64,000 nt of DNA from Candidatus Poribacteria bacterium (GCA_021295755.1 JAGWBT010000003.1:43129-107128); one strand, 5' to 3'; numbered from the stretch's first letter, positions 1 to 10,631 are shown. Program-made: numbers and translations. Notes: generated from the sequence alone by a model not told the origin.

Positions 1-867
1 GGGCGGAATCTTACCAATCCAATCAAGGATTTGGTACAATTCACGCGGAAGGTTGCCGGGGGTAACTTGAACGAGCAATGCGAGGTGAAGATGCACGACG
101 AAATTGGCGACCTCACTGTTGCGTTTAATCAAATGACGCGTGACCTGCGAAATTCACGAAATGAGCTGATAAGTGCTGAACGCCTCGCCACAGCGGGCAA
201 GATGGCAGCATCCTTTGCCCACGAGATCCGGAATCCACTCTCATCGATGCAGATGCTAGCGCAGATGCTAATGCGAAAGGAAGATCTCTTGGAAGCGAGG
301 CGAAAACAGTCGATGCAATATATCCTTGAGGAAATTGAACGGATTGATGTTATTGTCAAAGGGTTCATGGATTTCGCCCGTCCTGCCTCTCTTAATCCTG
401 CGCTCCACGATCTGAATCAGGTGTTACAGGGGGTCTTGGATCTGATGGAGGCTAACCTAAATCATCATCAAATCTCGCTAATCAAGAAATTTGCGCCCAA
501 CCTTCCACCGGTTTCGTTGGATCGGGATAAGTTGAAACAGGCGTTTATGAATATCGTATTAAATGCTATGGACGCCATGCCAGAAGGCGGTGCTTTGAAA
601 ATCGTGACACTACAGGATTCAGACAAGGTCCGTATTGATGTCGTAGACACAGGAATTGGGATCCCACCGGAAGATTTAAATCAACTTTTTGAGCCTTTCT
701 TCACGACAAAATCACAAGGAACCGGGCTTGGGCTGGCAAACGCGAAACGCGTTCTTGAACAACATGGTGGGGATATACAGGGCAGAAGCATTGTTGGACG
801 GGGAACAACAATATCGCTTTGGCTACCACTGTCTAGTGATCCCTCACCTTCAAAATCAAAAAAATAG
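1..867 (+). CDS. Sensor histidine kinase, C-terminal part (HAMP-HisKA-HATPase); the gene starts upstream of the window
   Basis: H-box FAHEIRNPL, HATPase G-box GTGLGLA and a HAMP-like segment at the N-terminal edge. The frame is open back to nt 1, and the listed ORF start at 31 is a TTG. Confidence 0.85.
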   Translation, partial: GRNLTNPIKDLVQFTRKVAGGNLNEQCEVKMHDEIGDLTVAFNQMTRDLRNSRNELISAERLATAGKMAASFAHEIRNPLSSMQMLAQMLMRKEDLLEARRKQSMQYILEEIERIDVIVKGFMDFARPASLNPALHDLNQVLQGVLDLMEANLNHHQISLIKKFAPNLPPVSLDRDKLKQAFMNIVLNAMDAMPEGGALKIVTLQDSDKVRIDVVDTGIGIPPEDLNQLFEPFFTTKSQGTGLGLANAKRVLEQHGGDIQGRSIVGRGTTISLWLPLSSDPSPSKSKK

Positions 868-876
868 GAGAATAGT

Positions 877-1491
877 ATGGCAGAACAGAAGGCAACGAAT
901 ATTACGTGGCACGAAGCGAACGTTGTCCAGAAAGATAGGGAGCAGCTGCTCAATCAGAAGGGATGTGTCATCTGGTTCACAGGGTTGTCAGGCTCCGGCA
1001 AATCCACACTCGCCTTGGAAGTGGAAAGTCAATTATACCAGCGCGGGCATCTCACCTATGTTCTCGATGGCGATAACATCCGACACGGTCTAAACAAGAA
1101 CCTGGGCTTCTCGCCGGAAGATCGGGAGGAGAACATCCGCCGTATTGGGGAGGTTGCGAAGTTGTTTGCCGATGCCGGCGTTATTGCGATGACAGCCTTT
1201 ATTTCGCCCTACCGCACAGATCGAGACAATGCGCGTGACCTACTTGGCGAAGGCCGATTTGTGGAGGTATTCGTTGATTGCCCGTTGGAAGTGTGCGAAG
1301 CACGAGATACTAAGGGGTTATATGAGAAGGCGCGGGCAGGCGAGATCAAAGAGTTCACGGGAATCAGTGCACCTTACGAAGCACCGAGCCAACCGGAACT
1401 GACGGTGAATACAGACAACCAGAACCTTGAGGAATGCACGGAACGCGTCATTGCCCTCCTCACAAGCAAGGGGCTTATTCCTGCGTCATAA
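877..1491 (+). CDS. cysC: Adenylyl-sulfate (APS) kinase
   Basis: P-loop GLSGSGKST, 204 aa, typical CysC length. A GGAG-type RBS precedes the ATG. Confidence 0.9.
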   Translation: MAEQKATNITWHEANVVQKDREQLLNQKGCVIWFTGLSGSGKSTLALEVESQLYQRGHLTYVLDGDNIRHGLNKNLGFSPEDREENIRRIGEVAKLFADAGVIAMTAFISPYRTDRDNARDLLGEGRFVEVFVDCPLEVCEARDTKGLYEKARAGEIKEFTGISAPYEAPSQPELTVNTDNQNLEECTERVIALLTSKGLIPAS

Positions 1492-1620
1492 TGAGCTTAG
1501 GAGTTGGGCAGTTCAGTTTGTAGGAGCGCGATTCATTGCGTGTCCGGATGGACGATAAATCACTTGACTACAAATCTTACCCGTTGCTCCCGACAGGGTA
1601 GGTTCAGAATCTCATTAATC

Positions 1621-1650
1621 GTAGGGGCAACCCTTGTGGTTGCCCAATTC
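1621..1650. terminator. Hairpin GGGCAACC-CTTGT-GGTTGCCC between the convergent cysC (+) and radical-SAM (-) genes; possible bidirectional terminator
   Basis: Perfect 8-bp stem with a 5-nt loop. It lies between convergent gene ends, and a related hairpin recurs at 10632-10650. Confidence 0.45.
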
Positions 1651-1685
1651 TTTGAATCGTAGTACATCGAGACATTAGTTAAGTT

Positions 1686-2906
1686 TCAAAATCCCATCAA
1701 TCCACAGCATCGACGACACACAGGCATAGGACCGTCGGTGCTGATAGAATTGCGAAATTTACGAGCGGCGGTGTTATTCCACATATCCTCGACAGCATCC
1801 GTTTTAATATTGCCAATGATGTAGTCATGGTAATCACGGCAGAGGCTAACGTCGCCGTTACTGTCAATTTCCATTGTCATGTAAATGCTGACACACTGAT
1901 TGTAGCCGAACACTTCCGTGTGGTCGGTGTAGTATCGCTGGATCTCATCTCGTGTGTTGAGTTTTGGCATCATCATCGGTGGGCACCGCCGCGTCTCTTT
2001 GGAGAGTTTTTCCATCTGCTCAAACTTATCGAGGATAACACCGTGATCAAAATCTTTCCACGTCCCAATCCAACCGTAGTGGGTTTGGGGCTTGAACCCA
2101 AAACGATCCTCAAAATCTTCGGTGTGTGCCTGTGCGGAATGTGAGTCGATCCACCACGTCAGGTACAAGATCTGTGCATCTGCATACTGGTTCGTGAATT
2201 TGTAGAGATCAACGACATAGTCGATATTGTACATCGTAACGCAACTGAGCGGGACGATATACGGAAATGCAACATTCCGACGCTTCTTTTCTTCGCTTAA
2301 TGTTTCAAGGGCTGCCTTTACGTCCTTAAAATTGTCGTAATTCTCCGAAACCCCAGGACGCTGATTGTTGTGAATTTCCTCATTTGGTCCGTCAACGCTC
2401 AAATATAGAATTTTGCATGTTTCCAGAATGTCGTCGGCGCGTCTGGCGAGATGGGTCCCATTTGTCACAAGCGAGATTGCCATATCCCGTTCTTTGATGT
2501 AATGCAGCAATTCAATCAAACCGGGGTAGAGCATCGGCTCACCGCCCCAGATATACCAGACAGGAGACCAGCCGGCATCAACAACCTGATCGACAAGCCG
2601 TTTGTAGTATTCAACGGGAACCTCCCGTTGCTTCAACGATTTGAGAGATTCGCCGAGCAGATATCCGTTATCTCCCCACTGTCCACAGGAGTGACAGCGT
2701 AGGTTGCACATATCCGTGATTCGTAGGCTCACTAGTTGGACATCGTCGCCCTTGCCATGCGTGGCACCAAACGGATGCCTCCAATTAAAACTTTCCTTCG
2801 CGATCTGATATTTCATGAGTGCGTAGGAAGTTGCCCAATCATCAGACATCGCAGTTGCAAGTTCATTCACAAAAAAACGGGGTGAAACACGACTTCGAAT
2901 TGCCAT
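1686..2906 (-). CDS. Radical SAM enzyme with a C-terminal SPASM-type Cys-rich domain
   Basis: CNLRCHSCGQWG (CxxxCxxC) near the N-terminus, GGEPMLYP, and a C-terminal Cys cluster CRDYHDY...CRRCCG. Confidence 0.8.
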   Translation of the reverse strand: MAIRSRVSPRFFVNELATAMSDDWATSYALMKYQIAKESFNWRHPFGATHGKGDDVQLVSLRITDMCNLRCHSCGQWGDNGYLLGESLKSLKQREVPVEYYKRLVDQVVDAGWSPVWYIWGGEPMLYPGLIELLHYIKERDMAISLVTNGTHLARRADDILETCKILYLSVDGPNEEIHNNQRPGVSENYDNFKDVKAALETLSEEKKRRNVAFPYIVPLSCVTMYNIDYVVDLYKFTNQYADAQILYLTWWIDSHSAQAHTEDFEDRFGFKPQTHYGWIGTWKDFDHGVILDKFEQMEKLSKETRRCPPMMMPKLNTRDEIQRYYTDHTEVFGYNQCVSIYMTMEIDSNGDVSLCRDYHDYIIGNIKTDAVEDMWNNTAARKFRNSISTDGPMPVCRRCCGLMGF

Positions 2907-2998
2907 AGCCTTCCTCTCTGTTACAGGACACCAAGTCTAAATAAACTTATGAACTCTTAAATACTTAAACCGACCTTCCTCCGCTCTACGCCTTGGTT

Positions 2999-4204
2999 TT
3001 ACCCTTCTTCTGTGGCCCGCCCTAAAACACGAGACTCTGTCGCTGAAAGAATTTCGTATCGAACACCGCCCCATACAATCTTACTCTGAAATAGCGCGTA
3101 CACCGCATTCAGCCCTGCGAGAAACATCGCTATCGGTACGACTAGCGAGGCAGCGCGGAGGGTTTCACGTATCTTAGGTATATCTTTCAGCCAGCGGGGC
3201 AAATTTCGAGAAAACATGCGAAAGCTTTGGATCTCTATAAATGGAACAAGCAATACGAGGAGAAATCTTCTATCGGCATAGAATGTAAGCGGAATTGAGC
3301 CAAGCACAAGCAAAGCCTTCGGCAAAAGTACCAACAAGGTGCCCCACCACTGCGCCTTTAGTCCCATCCGAAAGGTCATCACTATTTGTCGATTGGTAAA
3401 CTCTATGACCTGTTTCCATGTCCGTTTTTCAGTATGGGTAACTGCGATGCAGTCCGGCACAAAATGAACTTTGCGTTTAAGAGATCTCACCGCATGTGTC
3501 AAATTGTGGTCTTCAATAGTTGCGTTGTCCCAACGTTGTAGTACCTTGCTTTTTTCAAAGGATTCACGACGGATTGCGTTGGACCCTCCCCAAACCATAG
3601 CGAATGGATGATCGCCCTGCAACGCTATCTGAAAATTGATCCAAACTGCCTCGACAAGCGATGCCGTATTGAAGGTATGTGGAAAATAAAATCTTGCTCC
3701 CACTGTCGCGCCGACTGTGTTGTCCTGAAGCGGTTGGACGAGCAGCTTTAGCCAATCTCGCTCGATTGTCGCATCCGCATCGACAAAAGCGATGATCTCA
3801 ACATCATCTGAAAAGGTTTCAATTGCTGTTATCAGGTTCTGAACCTTCTGTGAACGCGGGAGGGAGTTATCCACAATGTTCGGTGCAAGCAGTGTATGCA
3901 CATTGGGTTGTCCTTCGGCGATCTCAAGCAGGTACGGATACGACTCATCGTAACCGGATTCCCCCTTTGCGTGCGTGACAAAAAACACTTCATATGAGCC
4001 TGCATAATCCTGATTGAGCAGCCGCTTTACATTCTCTGCTGTCTGATCGTCCCAGCCATAGTGCGGTGCGATGATAGCCGCTTTTGGGGTATAATCTGGC
4101 CGTTTGGCATTTCTCTCCCGACGTGCATATCGGAATGAGTTGATGATTAGCAGCACTTCAAAGATAAGGACGAAATAGGCTGCTCCAATAATGTATGAAA
4201 TCAT
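2999..4204 (-). CDS. Family-2 glycosyltransferase (membrane-associated)
   Basis: N-terminal TM helix, a DxD-type motif (FVDADATIERD) and a C-terminal multi-TM region. It is co-directional with, and upstream of, the radical SAM gene. Confidence 0.7.
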   Translation of the reverse strand: MISYIIGAAYFVLIFEVLLIINSFRYARRERNAKRPDYTPKAAIIAPHYGWDDQTAENVKRLLNQDYAGSYEVFFVTHAKGESGYDESYPYLLEIAEGQPNVHTLLAPNIVDNSLPRSQKVQNLITAIETFSDDVEIIAFVDADATIERDWLKLLVQPLQDNTVGATVGARFYFPHTFNTASLVEAVWINFQIALQGDHPFAMVWGGSNAIRRESFEKSKVLQRWDNATIEDHNLTHAVRSLKRKVHFVPDCIAVTHTEKRTWKQVIEFTNRQIVMTFRMGLKAQWWGTLLVLLPKALLVLGSIPLTFYADRRFLLVLLVPFIEIQSFRMFSRNLPRWLKDIPKIRETLRAASLVVPIAMFLAGLNAVYALFQSKIVWGGVRYEILSATESRVLGRATEEG

Positions 4205-4387
4205 AGGGCAATATGTGCTGAGTGTTTGAAATGATTGATGATTCTACAAAATCCCATCTTAACATACATGAGCGGGTTCAGTCAATATAAAAATAGAAGG
4301 AGAATTTGTAAAGTTTATGTCAGTATAAACGGGTGATGTGTTATTATATATACAGATGTTTGAGATTATGTGACAAAGGAGGGTTTT

Positions 4388-7102
4388 ATGGCAAATCAAT
4401 ACGATTTTCAAGAGGTTGGCAGACTACCAGCGCCGAGCGATAACGTAGCAATCACCACGCGAAGAGTAGATGCGGGCGCAGAAATTAACTACGACGTTCA
4501 TCGTTTTACTGTATCCCATACAATTTTAGAGGGGCACCGGTTCGCAATTCAGGCGATTCCCGAGGGGGAACCACTGTTGTCGTGGGGGTTGCCTTTCGGG
4601 GTGGCAATTACTGACCTGTCTCCTGGCGACTATGCTTGTAACCAGAAGATCCTTGACGCACTTGGGATACGCGATATCGACTTCGCGCTACCCTCCCAGC
4701 CAAACTTCAAAGATCAAATTGCCCCCTACATCCTTGATGAAAACACATTCCAGCCGGGAGCACAAGTTCCTCGATATGATCACGATAGATCTTTCCTCGG
4801 CTATCGGCGAGACGGAGGGCGTGGCGTCGGAACACGAAATTATATTGTTATCATGGGAACCACCTCCCAGACTTCCGGCTATGCGAAGGCGCTTGCAGCC
4901 CGATTCCAAGAGGTTAGTGAAAATTACGAAAACATTGACGGAGTCGTCGCCGTAACGCACACCGAGGGCGGGGAGAGCGCAACACCCAATAACCTGGAGA
5001 TGTTGCTTCGGACACTTGCAGGTTTTACGGTTCATCCCAACATCGGAGCGATCCTAGCTGTTGATTACGGTTCAGAAGTAGTGACGAATCAGATGCTGCA
5101 GCGCTATATGGATGAAAACAACTATCCGTTGGAGGCTGTGCCACACCGTTTTCTGAGCATACACGGCGGCTTTGATACCAGTTTGGAGGCAGGCGAAGCA
5201 ATCATCAAAGAGTGGTTAGGGCCGGTAAACGCAATGCAGCGTACCGAGGAATCTCTCTCCAATGTGAAAATTGCACTTCAATGCGGTGGCTCAGACGCGT
5301 TCTCCGGCGTATCGGGCAACCCACTGGCAGCCCACGTTGCAAAGGAAGTTATCCGTTACGGTGGTGCCGCCAATCTCGCAGAAACCGACGAATTGATCGG
5401 CGCTGAACCGTATGTGCTACAGAACGCCAGAGATTTTGAGACTGCTCGCACGTTTTTAGACACAATCGAACGATTTAAGGAGCGGGCGCGTTGGCACGGC
5501 CATACCGCCGAGGCGAATCCCTCCGGGGGAAACAATTTTCGAGGGTTATACAATATTGTAATCAAATCAATCGGTGCTGCGATGAAACGCGATCCGGAAG
5601 TCTGTCTCGATTACGTCATCGACTATAGTGAACGGATGCGTGCGCCGGGCTACTACTTCATGGACAGCCCCGGAAATGACCTTGAAAGTATCGCAGGGCA
5701 GGTAGCCTCCGGTTCAAATATGATCTTCTTTGTCACCGGCAACGGATCGATTACGAACTTTCCGTTTGTTCCGACAATCAAAATTGTTACCACTACCCCG
5801 CGATACGAAATGTTGAAAAACGACATGGATGTCAACGCCGGTGCTTACCAAGATGGCGTACCGATGCAGGAATTAGGGCAACAGATGCTCGATCTCACCG
5901 TCAATGTTGCTGCTGGGGAGCGGTCTGTCGGGGAGAAGGCAGGGCATTCGCAGGTGTCGATATGGCGGAATTGGAAGCAGACAGGACCTGTCAATCCAGA
6001 AGCAGTGCTTCCAGCCGACGCTCCAACCGGTGAACCGATCCCAATTCAACTCAATATCCTACAATCAGAACACACTTTTAGTGCTATACAGACCGAAAGC
6101 GGTTACCGCAGCGATCAGATCGGGTTGGTCTTGCCGACAAGTCTCTGCTCCGGTCAGATTGCCCAGATGATTGCTGACCGGCTCAACCAAAAAGGGCTCG
6201 GGCGCGAACACGGCATTTCGCGCTATGTTGCGTTGGCGCATACAGAGGGGTGTGGCGTATCGGGCGGAAACTCGGAAGATATCTACAGACGCACACTCAT
6301 CGGGCATCTGATTCACCCAGTGGTTGCCCTCGGGTTACCCTTGGAACATGGCTGTGAAAAAACCCACAACGACTACATCCGCCACGCCCTCACCGAACAG
6401 GATATCCCACTTGAACGATACGGTTGGGCGAGTGTGCAGTTGGATGGCGGCATTGATGCAGTGATTCAAAAAGTCGAGGATTGGTTCAGTCGATCCTTGG
6501 AATCAATGCCCCGACCCGATTACGCCGAGGTCGGTCTGGAACACCTTCGGATCGGATTGACATCGAGCGGTAAAGTGACAGAAACGGTTGCACAGAGTCT
6601 AGCGCATCTCACCCAAACCATCGCCGGTGCAGGTGGAACGGTCGTCGTTCCAGCAAATGTGCCCTTCTTGACTTCACATGCCTATGTTGGGAGCGCGCTT
6701 GGCAATCGTTCTCAAGTGAGAAACACCCTGTCTTACGGTCAACCTATCACTGAACCCGGATTTCATGTCATGGAGACCCCCACCGATCATGTTGTGGAAA
6801 CGTTAACAGGATTGGGTGCGACAGGGGTTGATTTGATGTTCGCGCATGTCGTTGGGCATCCCCTTCAAGCACACCGAATGATTCCGTTGATCCAAGCCAC
6901 GACGGACGAGACCACAGGGTCAATCTATGAAGCGGATTTGGACCTCCTACCCGCTGATGAGAATTGGACGCCGGAGGGCTTTTCGGCACAAATGTTGGAA
7001 ACTATCCTAGAGGTCGCCTCGCGCCGCTACACACCCAAACTTTATGGGAAAGGAAACACAGATTTCCAATTTACGCGCGGACTGCTCGGCATTTCGATGT
7101 GA
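4388..7102 (+). CDS. Altronate/galactarate dehydratase (UxaA/GarD) family protein, unusually long (about 900 aa) with an internally duplicated C-domain
   Basis: N-terminal SAF-like segment (HRFAIQAIPEGEPLLSWGLPFGVA). GTRNYIVIMGTTSQTSGYAKALA...VTHTEGG is echoed later by IGLVLPTSLCSGQIAQMIADRL...LAHTEGCG. An AGGAGG RBS precedes the ATG at 4388; the listed ORF begins at a GTG at 4370. Confidence 0.7.
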   Translation: MANQYDFQEVGRLPAPSDNVAITTRRVDAGAEINYDVHRFTVSHTILEGHRFAIQAIPEGEPLLSWGLPFGVAITDLSPGDYACNQKILDALGIRDIDFALPSQPNFKDQIAPYILDENTFQPGAQVPRYDHDRSFLGYRRDGGRGVGTRNYIVIMGTTSQTSGYAKALAARFQEVSENYENIDGVVAVTHTEGGESATPNNLEMLLRTLAGFTVHPNIGAILAVDYGSEVVTNQMLQRYMDENNYPLEAVPHRFLSIHGGFDTSLEAGEAIIKEWLGPVNAMQRTEESLSNVKIALQCGGSDAFSGVSGNPLAAHVAKEVIRYGGAANLAETDELIGAEPYVLQNARDFETARTFLDTIERFKERARWHGHTAEANPSGGNNFRGLYNIVIKSIGAAMKRDPEVCLDYVIDYSERMRAPGYYFMDSPGNDLESIAGQVASGSNMIFFVTGNGSITNFPFVPTIKIVTTTPRYEMLKNDMDVNAGAYQDGVPMQELGQQMLDLTVNVAAGERSVGEKAGHSQVSIWRNWKQTGPVNPEAVLPADAPTGEPIPIQLNILQSEHTFSAIQTESGYRSDQIGLVLPTSLCSGQIAQMIADRLNQKGLGREHGISRYVALAHTEGCGVSGGNSEDIYRRTLIGHLIHPVVALGLPLEHGCEKTHNDYIRHALTEQDIPLERYGWASVQLDGGIDAVIQKVEDWFSRSLESMPRPDYAEVGLEHLRIGLTSSGKVTETVAQSLAHLTQTIAGAGGTVVVPANVPFLTSHAYVGSALGNRSQVRNTLSYGQPITEPGFHVMETPTDHVVETLTGLGATGVDLMFAHVVGHPLQAHRMIPLIQATTDETTGSIYEADLDLLPADENWTPEGFSAQMLETILEVASRRYTPKLYGKGNTDFQFTRGLLGISM

Positions 7103-7180
7103 AATAAAATCCATTCACAATAGATCATTATTGACTTAAATCTACCGCGGATTCCAAGCAACTTGAGATGATTTTGAATC

Positions 7181-7281
7181 CTGTAGGTCGATTTTCCAAA
7201 ATAGACCGCCTTTCGTAGTCATCCCGATACATCGGGATGATCATGGCATAGGAAAATGTCGAAATATGAATCTCGACCTAC
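7181..7281. repeat. MITE-like small element with terminal inverted repeats GTAGGTCGA...TCGACCTAC and an inner hairpin ATCCCGAT/ATCGGGAT; a shorter copy lies at 13741-13798
   Basis: The 5' about 30 nt and 3' about 25 nt are near-identical to 13741-13798. The terminal inverted repeats are exact reverse complements. Confidence 0.6.
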
Positions 7282-7461
7282 TCCGTGACTAAGGTGCATT
7301 GGTTCATTAATGAACTAGCGAGCTTTCGGCGTCGTTCACTGCAACCTACACCGCTTGATTTTCATCTTGACTGACATATAGGATCGTGCTATCATTGGCA
7401 TCGGGAACTATCTTTCCGCATTTGGGAACACATCCTAGCAAGTTAATCAGGGGAGGAAACT

Positions 7462-8586
7462 GTGAAAATCGCAGATCTCAAAGTATTTCCGGTGGGGCAG
7501 TTCATATATGTCAAGATCGTGACTGACGAAGGACTATATGGTATTGGAGAAGGCTCGTTAAGCGGCAGATCGTTGGCTGTTGTCGGGGCGTTGGAAAATC
7601 ATATTAAACCACTCCTGATTGGACAGGACGCTACCCGAATAGAGCATATATGGCAGGACATCTTCCGGGGGACGTTCTGGCGCGGTGGTCCCGTGCTACA
7701 ATCTGCGCTCGCCGGGGTTGACATTGCGCTGTGGGATCTAGCAGGAAAGGCACTCGGTGTGCCGACCTACCGATTGCTTGGTGGTGCCACGCGGGATAAG
7801 GTGCTAGTCTATCGACATACCGGCGGAGGCACACCGGAACAACTCATTGAAACAGCACAGCGACAGTTGGAAGAAGGGTGGAAAGTCTTACGAATCTCGC
7901 CTATTGACACCATTGAGGGTGGCTTCAATCAAAAACTCGCAGTTATGCGTGGGGTTGAGCATTTTAGTGCGCTCCGGAAAGCAATCGGGGACGAAGCTGA
8001 GATTATCTTTGAGGTGCATACTCGCTTGACGCCAACCCGCGCCATCGAGTTGTGCAACGCAATTGAGGAATATCACCCATTCTTTGTCGAAGATCCCATC
8101 CGCTCCGAGAATCCGATCTCGTTTGCGACGCTACGCGAGCATACAAATGTCCCCATTGGCACCGGTGAGCAACTGCCGACGAAATGGATGTTTCGAGAAC
8201 TGATTGAACAGGAATTAATCGATTACATTCGGGTGGACATCTGTCACAGCGGCGGAATAACGGAAGGAAAGAAGATCGCGACGATGGCGGAAGTCCATTA
8301 TCAAGAACTAGCGTGTCATTACACCTCAAGTCCTGTTAGTTCCGCAGCGATGTTGCATCTGAATATGTCGATTCCTAACTGTGCGGTGCAAGAGTATGCC
8401 CCATCGTCAGGTTGGATGGACGAAGTTATTCAACACGACCTGCGGACAGAGGATGGCTATCTCCTCGCCCCTGAATCACCGGGCTTGGGAATTGACCTGA
8501 ACGAAGAAGCCGCAGCTGCCTATCCGCCCACACCGGGTGAGCCCCCACATTTGCGACGGGAGGACGGTTCGGTTCAGGATTGGTAA
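7462..8586 (+). CDS. Enolase-superfamily dehydratase (mandelate racemase/muconate lactonizing enzyme family; D-mannonate/galactonate dehydratase-like)
   Basis: N-terminal capping domain MKIADLKVFPVG...YVKIVTDEGLYGIGEG, barrel-domain signatures and a length of 374 aa. Confidence 0.8.
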   Translation: MKIADLKVFPVGQFIYVKIVTDEGLYGIGEGSLSGRSLAVVGALENHIKPLLIGQDATRIEHIWQDIFRGTFWRGGPVLQSALAGVDIALWDLAGKALGVPTYRLLGGATRDKVLVYRHTGGGTPEQLIETAQRQLEEGWKVLRISPIDTIEGGFNQKLAVMRGVEHFSALRKAIGDEAEIIFEVHTRLTPTRAIELCNAIEEYHPFFVEDPIRSENPISFATLREHTNVPIGTGEQLPTKWMFRELIEQELIDYIRVDICHSGGITEGKKIATMAEVHYQELACHYTSSPVSSAAMLHLNMSIPNCAVQEYAPSSGWMDEVIQHDLRTEDGYLLAPESPGLGIDLNEEAAAAYPPTPGEPPHLRREDGSVQDW

Positions 8587-8624
8587 TTACTTGAGTCGCT
8601 CATCTATACAACAGGAGATACGGT

Positions 8625-10604
8625 ATGCAGTTTCCCCGCCTTTTTTCTCCAATAAAGGTTGATTCACTAGAGTTAAAAAATCGCGTTGTTTTGGCACCGC
8701 TTGATGTCGGGCTGCATGATCCAGAAGGGCACGTCACTGACCGTTATATAGATTTTCTGGTTGAGCGAGCAAAGGGCGAAACGAGCCTGATTATCACTGA
8801 ATTCACTTCCGTTTGGCCCGAACAACGTGTGATTACCACAGCGGTTTGGGATGATAAATTCGTGCCAGGGCTTACGCGCATGGCAGAAGCCGTTAAGGAC
8901 GCCGGATCCAAGATATTCATGCAGATTGCTGTACTAGGTGGAAAATCTTATATTGAGCCGTTTGCCCCCTCCGCGATCGAAAGCGAACTCTACACCGAGG
9001 TGCCGCGCGAAATGACGGTGGATGATATTAAAAGAGTAATAGAAGCATTCATCTTGGGAGCAACGCGGGCGAAACGAGCCGGTTTCGACGGGGTGGAGTA
9101 TCACTGTGCACATTCATATCTCGGTGGACAATTTATGTCGCCCCACACAAATCAACGGGATGATGACTACGGCGGTGACTTTGAACGGCGTATGCGGTTC
9201 GGCACCGAAATTGTCACAGGGATTAAGCAGGTTTGCGGTGAGGATTTTCCAGTCGGTTTTAAGTTCAGTGCGCATGAACATCTCCATGGCGGCGTGAATG
9301 ACCGATACGACGAAGATGTGAAAGATGACCTTCATCTGCAGATTGCGGAATATATGGAAAATCTCGGTGTCGCCTACCTGCATGTAGCGACTACTTCTGC
9401 GACGATTATGCAGGTCAAAGGATTCGTGGAATGTACCCATCCATCTGTGCCACCGCTATATATCAAGCCCAATACGCTGGTTGATCTGGCAGAGGAGGTT
9501 AAGCAGAATGGCGCTAAAATCCCTGTTATCGCCACGGGCGGAATCACCGACCCCGTACATGCAGAAGAGATTATTTCGCAGGGACGCGCTGATATGGTTG
9601 CCCTTGGTCGCACGCTGATTGCCGATGCGCACTGGGCAAAGAAAGCTCATGAAGGTGAGAATATTGTTCCATGTATTCGGTGTAATTTTTGTCACACCTT
9701 TGTGGTCATGGATCGTGGCGGTGTGCAGTGTACGACAAATCCCATCGTCGGCAGAGAACAACTGATCGCGTTCAACAAAACGGATTTGCCCAAAAAGGTG
9801 GTTGTCGTCGGAGCGGGTCCCGGCGGTCTAGAGGCGGGTTTGCGTGCCAAGGAGATGGGGAATGATGTTATCGTATACGAAAAACGGGATGTCATTGGTG
9901 GAGAGATGATTTCGGCATCGATACCCGACTTCAAATGGGATATTAAACGCCTGCTCCAGTATTATATTACAGAAGTTCAGAAGGTGGGCTTAGAGGTTCG
10001 GACGGGCACGACCGTGACGTTAGATACACTAAGAGCCGACGACCCGGATGTCGTGATCCTTGCAACAGGCGGCGAGGCAATTATTCCAGATATCCCCGGC
10101 ATTGACAGAGACAACGTAATTACCGCAATTGACGCGATAGTCCGCTGGGACGAACTGGAGGTCGGTGAGCGGGTCATGGTGCTTGGTGCAGGGCTTGTCG
10201 GATATGAGGTCGCGTGGTTTGCCGCACAGCAGGGACGCGATGTTGTTCTGGTTTCACGCCGTAGTGAAGATGATGTCATCAAATTGAAAGAACACGGCAC
10301 AAACTTGGCTGTGCTTAGAAAAGGTGTTCGGGAGTCAGGGGCGAGGATACTGGCAAGCCGTGAGTTGAAGCGAGTTGACAAAACGGGGGCTGTGCTGACC
10401 TCGGACGATGGGACAGAGGAATTCCATCCCGTTGAGACCCTGATAATCAGTCGTGGCTATACGCCACGAAGCGGACTCAAGCGGGATATTGAAGCTGCTG
10501 ACTTGCGATGCGAGGTTTACGAAGTAGGAGACTGCGTCGAAGTCCGAAATTTCTTTGATGCAATTAATGAAGGCGCGCATGTTGTCCGGGAGAAACTTGG
10601 ATAA
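8625..10604 (+). CDS. Old-Yellow-Enzyme-type NADH:flavin oxidoreductase fused to an FAD/NAD(P)-binding domain (2,4-dienoyl-CoA reductase-like)
   Basis: OYE N-terminus (LFSPIKVDSLELKNRVVLAPL), a Cys cluster CIRCNFCHTF, and a Rossmann GxGxxG (VVVVGAGPGGLEAG) in the C-terminal half. Confidence 0.8.
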   Translation: MQFPRLFSPIKVDSLELKNRVVLAPLDVGLHDPEGHVTDRYIDFLVERAKGETSLIITEFTSVWPEQRVITTAVWDDKFVPGLTRMAEAVKDAGSKIFMQIAVLGGKSYIEPFAPSAIESELYTEVPREMTVDDIKRVIEAFILGATRAKRAGFDGVEYHCAHSYLGGQFMSPHTNQRDDDYGGDFERRMRFGTEIVTGIKQVCGEDFPVGFKFSAHEHLHGGVNDRYDEDVKDDLHLQIAEYMENLGVAYLHVATTSATIMQVKGFVECTHPSVPPLYIKPNTLVDLAEEVKQNGAKIPVIATGGITDPVHAEEIISQGRADMVALGRTLIADAHWAKKAHEGENIVPCIRCNFCHTFVVMDRGGVQCTTNPIVGREQLIAFNKTDLPKKVVVVGAGPGGLEAGLRAKEMGNDVIVYEKRDVIGGEMISASIPDFKWDIKRLLQYYITEVQKVGLEVRTGTTVTLDTLRADDPDVVILATGGEAIIPDIPGIDRDNVITAIDAIVRWDELEVGERVMVLGAGLVGYEVAWFAAQQGRDVVLVSRRSEDDVIKLKEHGTNLAVLRKGVRESGARILASRELKRVDKTGAVLTSDDGTEEFHPVETLIISRGYTPRSGLKRDIEAADLRCEVYEVGDCVEVRNFFDAINEGAHVVREKLG

Positions 10605-10631
10605 TTGATATTGCACTAAAGTGTGTGTAGA

